Shown piece by piece: positions 60,274-64,000 of a stretch of 64,000 nucleotides of DNA; the first letter of the stretch is position 1; each line of letters opens with the position of its first letter. The translations under genes and the position numbers were made by a program. This DNA is from Dehalococcoidia bacterium. GTDB lineage: Bacteria; Chloroflexota; Dehalococcoidia; Lucifugimonadales; UBA3495. The stretch lies in contig CBDDED010000003.1 in the NCBI GenBank assembly GCA_965226825.1, forward strand, positions 3,092,340-3,156,339, written 5' to 3'. The notes under the pieces were generated by a model that made no database searches, was not told where the DNA came from, and saw only the letters and a list, made by a program, of their open reading frames with translations.

Positions 60274-61260
60274 ATGACCGGTCCCGAAGGATTAGTCCTC
60301 TCGTGCCACGACTCGCTGATCAAGTGTTTGCAAGCGGTGGTTGACCACTGTCCCAACTTGCCCGCCGCGGCCCCGTTGGTCCAACGTTTGGGCGATTTGG
60401 TTCCGGCGCACCAGGCAACCCTGTCTCCGCCATTTTCCCCACCCACCGACCCCCCGGCCCTGGAAGAAATCCTGGCCCTGCTGGCTAACGCCCAAAGTCA
60501 GTTGCGCACGTTGCATCGGGCCGGGTCCGCCAACCCGGTGGGCGCCGAGCAGTATCAGGCATTGTCGGAAACGATGGACGCCCTGTCCTCCGCGCTTGGT
60601 AGCGAAGTTCGGGCTCGCCAGGCCGGCCGGGTCCGCGGCCTGTACGTCATCATTGACCCGGAAGTGACCGGCGGCCGTGAGCCCCTGGAAATCGCCAGGG
60701 CGTCGGTCCGCGGCGGGGCCAGAATGCTCCAACTGCGGGACAAACTGCGCGACAAGGGCGAGATATTACCCCTGGCCAGGGACATCCAAGAACTATGCCT
60801 GGCCAACGACGTGCTACTGATCATCAACGACCACGTGGACCTGGCCGCAGCGGTGGGTTCCGGTGGCGTCCACGTCGGGCAGACTGACTTGCCTGTCACC
60901 GAGGCCCGCAAGGTGTTGGCGCCCCACCAGGTGTTGGGCCGTTCCAACCGGGAGATCGATCTCATCATCCAGTCCCAGGAAATGGGAGCCGACCACGTGG
61001 CCTTTGGCGCCATCTACCCGAGCACCACCAAAGGCGGAGGCAGGGGCCCCCAGGGCATTGAGCCGCTGCGCCGGGCCCGGGAAGCCGCCAAGGTCCCCCT
61101 GGTGGCCATCGGGGGCATCAATGCCGGCAATGCCGCGCCCGTGGTTGAAGCCGGGGCCGACGCCATTTGCGTCACCGCCGCAGTGGCCTCCGCGCCGGAG
61201 CCGGAAGCCGCGGCGGAACGCCTGGTCAACGTTATCCGCCAAGCTGGAGGCCGGGTGTAA
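60274..61260 (+). CDS. thiE: thiamine-phosphate synthase with N-terminal extension
   Basis: LYVI, QLRDK, IINDH, GVHVGQTD, STTK and AIGGIN motifs. Confidence 0.88.
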   Translation: MTGPEGLVLSCHDSLIKCLQAVVDHCPNLPAAAPLVQRLGDLVPAHQATLSPPFSPPTDPPALEEILALLANAQSQLRTLHRAGSANPVGAEQYQALSETMDALSSALGSEVRARQAGRVRGLYVIIDPEVTGGREPLEIARASVRGGARMLQLRDKLRDKGEILPLARDIQELCLANDVLLIINDHVDLAAAVGSGGVHVGQTDLPVTEARKVLAPHQVLGRSNREIDLIIQSQEMGADHVAFGAIYPSTTKGGGRGPQGIEPLRRAREAAKVPLVAIGGINAGNAAPVVEAGADAICVTAAVASAPEPEAAAERLVNVIRQAGGRV

Positions 61261-61913
61261 TGCCAACTCCATACAGCGACGACCTGGCCGACATCGCAGC
61301 CCGGGCCCGTGAACACCTGGAACTCCGCAACCGGGCCCGCGAGCAGGCGCTCCCCATATCCCGGGAAGTGGTCAGGTTGTCGGCCAACGCCATTCGAGCG
61401 GTGCACCGGGGTGATTTTCAAGAGGCACAAAGCCTTCTGGGACGGGCGGATGAGAGGCTCAAAGAGACGGCCAACATCCGGGAAGAGGCCCCGGAGATCT
61501 ATTACGCCGGTTTCCTAAATGACGCCCGTAAGGAGTTCAGCGAGGCCCACGTCACCCTGGCCGTGCTTTCCGGCCAAAAAATTCCCCAACCCGCCGACCT
61601 CGGCGTGGAGCCTTCGACGTTTCTCAATGGGATGGCCGAAGTGATCGGGGAGTTGCGCCGGTACATCCTTGATGCGCTGCGGCAGGACACGGTGGACCGC
61701 TGCCAGGAATTCATGGGCGTCATGGACGAGATCTACGGCATTCTGGTCACCATCGACTACCCGGAGGCGGTCACCGGCGGCCTGCGCCGCAGCACTGATC
61801 AGATGCGCGGCGTATTGGAGCGTACCCGCGGCGACCTGACCATGGCCCTCAGGCAGCACCGGCTGGAGGCCCAGTTGGCCCGGTGGGAAGGCCGCCAGGC
61901 CAACCCGGACTGA
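61260..61913 (+). CDS. translin/TRAX family protein
   Basis: SREVVRLSANAIRAVHR, KEFSEA and GMAEVIGELRR motifs; overlaps the thiE stop. Confidence 0.85.
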   Translation: MPTPYSDDLADIAARAREHLELRNRAREQALPISREVVRLSANAIRAVHRGDFQEAQSLLGRADERLKETANIREEAPEIYYAGFLNDARKEFSEAHVTLAVLSGQKIPQPADLGVEPSTFLNGMAEVIGELRRYILDALRQDTVDRCQEFMGVMDEIYGILVTIDYPEAVTGGLRRSTDQMRGVLERTRGDLTMALRQHRLEAQLARWEGRQANPD

Positions 61914-62005
61914 GACCGTCACCCTCTTACGGGCTCAACGTCCGCCGCTAGCGTCTCCCCAACTTACCCGGACTAGACCACCGTAGCCGAATGGAGGATT
62001 GCAAC

Positions 62006-62821
62006 ATGGCGGGGGTCAAAATTAGCTTTCTCGGCACCGGAGCCGGCGCCTCGATACACGCGGCCCACACTGCGATTGTGCTGGATAGCCCCGACGGGAC
62101 CAAGGTGTTGCTGGACGCCAGTTCCGGCAACTCGGTCTTTCGCAACTCGGCTTCAATCGGCATGGCTCCCGAACAATTCCGCCACGTGCTGCTTTCCCAC
62201 GACCACGCCGACCACATGCTGGGATTGCCCTTGATTCAACTGGTCCACTCCAGGGCCGACCCCGACGGGCCGCCACTGGAGGTCCACAGCGGTCCTTCTA
62301 CCCTCGAAAACGTACGGTTACTATGCCGCGCCGCAACCCCGGAACTCTCCATAAACGGCGAAGGCGCCACCAACCGCCGGGACCAAAGGGTCTACAAGTG
62401 GCATCCCAGCGTTGCCGGCCAAACCGCCCAATTGGGCCCCGCCACCAAAGCCGCCTGCTTTCCGGTAGACCACATCCCGGGGTCAATAGGCTGGCGAGTG
62501 GACTGTGACGGCATTCCCGTGGTGTTTTCCGGGGACACGGTTTTCAGCCCCAGCCTCGTAGAGGCGGCAATGGGCGCAAGGGTGTTGATCCACGAAGCCT
62601 TTGGGACCGAAGAGGACCGGGAGCGGGCGGATGAAGCGGCCCATTCCGTGGCCGGGGACGTCGGGAAGGCCGCCAGCCAGGCCGGTGTTGGGGAGCTGAT
62701 CCTTACCCACCTGACCGGCCGGTACCACGAAAATCCCGAGCCCTTGTTGGACGAGGTCCGCCGGTATTACAACGGCCCCGTATCCGTGGCCCATGACCTT
62801 TACCAGGTCGAGATTAGCTGA
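62006..62821 (+). CDS. MBL-fold hydrolase, RNase Z/BN-like
   Basis: FLGTGA, SHDHADH, FSGDT, HEA, AHS and LTH motifs. Confidence 0.85.
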   Translation: MAGVKISFLGTGAGASIHAAHTAIVLDSPDGTKVLLDASSGNSVFRNSASIGMAPEQFRHVLLSHDHADHMLGLPLIQLVHSRADPDGPPLEVHSGPSTLENVRLLCRAATPELSINGEGATNRRDQRVYKWHPSVAGQTAQLGPATKAACFPVDHIPGSIGWRVDCDGIPVVFSGDTVFSPSLVEAAMGARVLIHEAFGTEEDRERADEAAHSVAGDVGKAASQAGVGELILTHLTGRYHENPEPLLDEVRRYYNGPVSVAHDLYQVEIS

Positions 62822-62875
62822 CTAAATCCCCAGGCAGCAGAACCCGAGGGCGCTCCCGTTGAATCCCGAGTGCCA

Positions 62876-63304
62876 TCACACTTTATCCTGGAAGCGGACC
62901 ACGAAGCCAGCCTCACCCAGTGGAGCGCCGTCCAACAGAATAGCCGCCACGTGTTCTCCCTCAGCCTGGACGGGTATTCGAAAAACCTTGATCCACCGTT
63001 GAAACAGAATGCCTTCCTCCCACTCTATCTGCTCCGGAGGTGTGGGATCCAATGGGGCGCCCGGCGCCTTTATCGCTACCAACAGGCGGTGCGGGCCGGG
63101 GGCAACTCCCCCAATGCAAAGGACCAGGTTGACGTCCACCTCCGCCAAAACCGGGTTGGGCGGGTCCTGTTCTACCGAATCCGGTTTTGGAAGGTCCACC
63201 AGGTCGATGACGCCTTTCAGCACTAGGTCATCGTCAGGTGTTTCCTCGGTGTCGCGGCAGAAGAGGGCGTATTTCAGGTAGGGCTTGCGTTCTTGATCTG
63301 ACAA
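62876..63304 (-). CDS. hypothetical beta-sandwich protein (DUF6941-like)
   Basis: YALFC...LKGVID and GEHVAAILLDG pattern. Confidence 0.6.
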   Translation of the reverse strand: MSDQERKPYLKYALFCRDTEETPDDDLVLKGVIDLVDLPKPDSVEQDPPNPVLAEVDVNLVLCIGGVAPGPHRLLVAIKAPGAPLDPTPPEQIEWEEGILFQRWIKVFRIPVQAEGEHVAAILLDGAPLGEAGFVVRFQDKV

Positions 63305-63591
63305 ATAGGATTGAAGACCTTTCTATGCTATCCGGAGCCGCCTTTATCTGGGCCATCCAATTCTAGCACGGGGTTCAGGCCGGGCAAACAACGCCCGCTG
63401 GCGCGCCCAGGGCAATCGCATCTTAATTCTTGACCGCATCCTTCAAACGTGACTCCTCGCAAAATCCGGAGTTGACGAGCACCAGGAACACGGCATTGCG
63501 ACCTCTGTTAACGCTGAGCCCGGATAAGATGCGATTGACCTCCTCCGGCGTACAGAGCCTTGCCAGCAGTCATTGAATCTCCCCCACCCCC

Positions 63592-63897
63592 CGTATTCTC
63601 TCGCAGTGGGAATCCAGAGCCCTTTCGATGCGCCAACACGGATACGGCAACGAAGAAACGACCGTCATTCTCACCGCAGTGGGAATCCAGAGCCCTTCCG
63701 ATGCGCCAACACGGTAACGGCAACGAAGAAACGACCGTCATTCTCACCGCAGTGGGAATCCAGAGCCCTTTCGATGCGCTAACACGGTCATGGCAACGAA
63801 GATTCCACAAGGCGGCGGACCGGCCTTCCCACTTGGACGATTCCTCAGGACCCGCACCAGGCTCAATGTCAGAATTGGCTCTGGATTCCCGCTGCGA
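63592..63897. repeat. three tandem 73-bp REP units plus one inverted REP
   Basis: cagtgggaatcc at 63604, 63677 and 63750 with near-identical spacers; inverted ggctctggattcccgctgcg at about 63878. Confidence 0.88.
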
Positions 63898-64000
63898 CGC
63901 GTATGACAGGAGACAACCAAAAGACCCCGGAACCGCCGTTTCTCCCCTACTCATCACCCTATGGATGTGGTACTTTGGCTTGGTTCGGGCGGCCCGAGTT

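Noticed and set aside
63592-63802. CRISPR-like periodic array
   Set aside because: The spacers are near-identical, the repeat is the dispersed REP, and there are no cas genes.

Overview
GC-rich bacterial chromosomal window. The gene content (luciferase-like monooxygenases, enoyl-CoA hydratases, CoxS/M/G, a split transketolase, translin, a DUF5679-type protein) suggests Chloroflexota, probably Dehalococcoidia/SAR202-like; this is an inference. Most of it is housekeeping and metabolic genes: glmS, treT, phnA-like, thrB, lysC, crcB, cobinamide salvage (cobC-like, cobQ, cobU, pduX), mfd, proBA, transketolase, folB, polA, thiE and tRNA-Pro(CGG). Accessory content comprises Uma2, a HEPN/MNT pair, a DpnI-like nuclease, DUF4258/YgiT and VapBC-type toxin-antitoxin pairs, and a dispersed GTCATTCTC...GGGAATCCAGAGCCC REP/REPIN family. 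The most striking feature is two related IS110 elements in tandem (52574-54021, 54025-55500) that split one REP arm at an AAT core. Their upstream non-coding regions fold like bridge RNAs, and the guide segments can be read directly. Element 1 matches the REP, while element 2 matches the junction created by element 1 (IS right end plus REP half), so it looks like an IS110 programmed to piggyback on another IS110. Other highlights: a UGA-readthrough UGSC selenoprotein with a SECIS-like hairpin; an unannotated 47-aa Zn-ribbon gene followed by a roughly 235-nt highly structured RNA; and an icdC-like decayed duplicate of a dehydrogenase 3' end that brackets an accessory islet.
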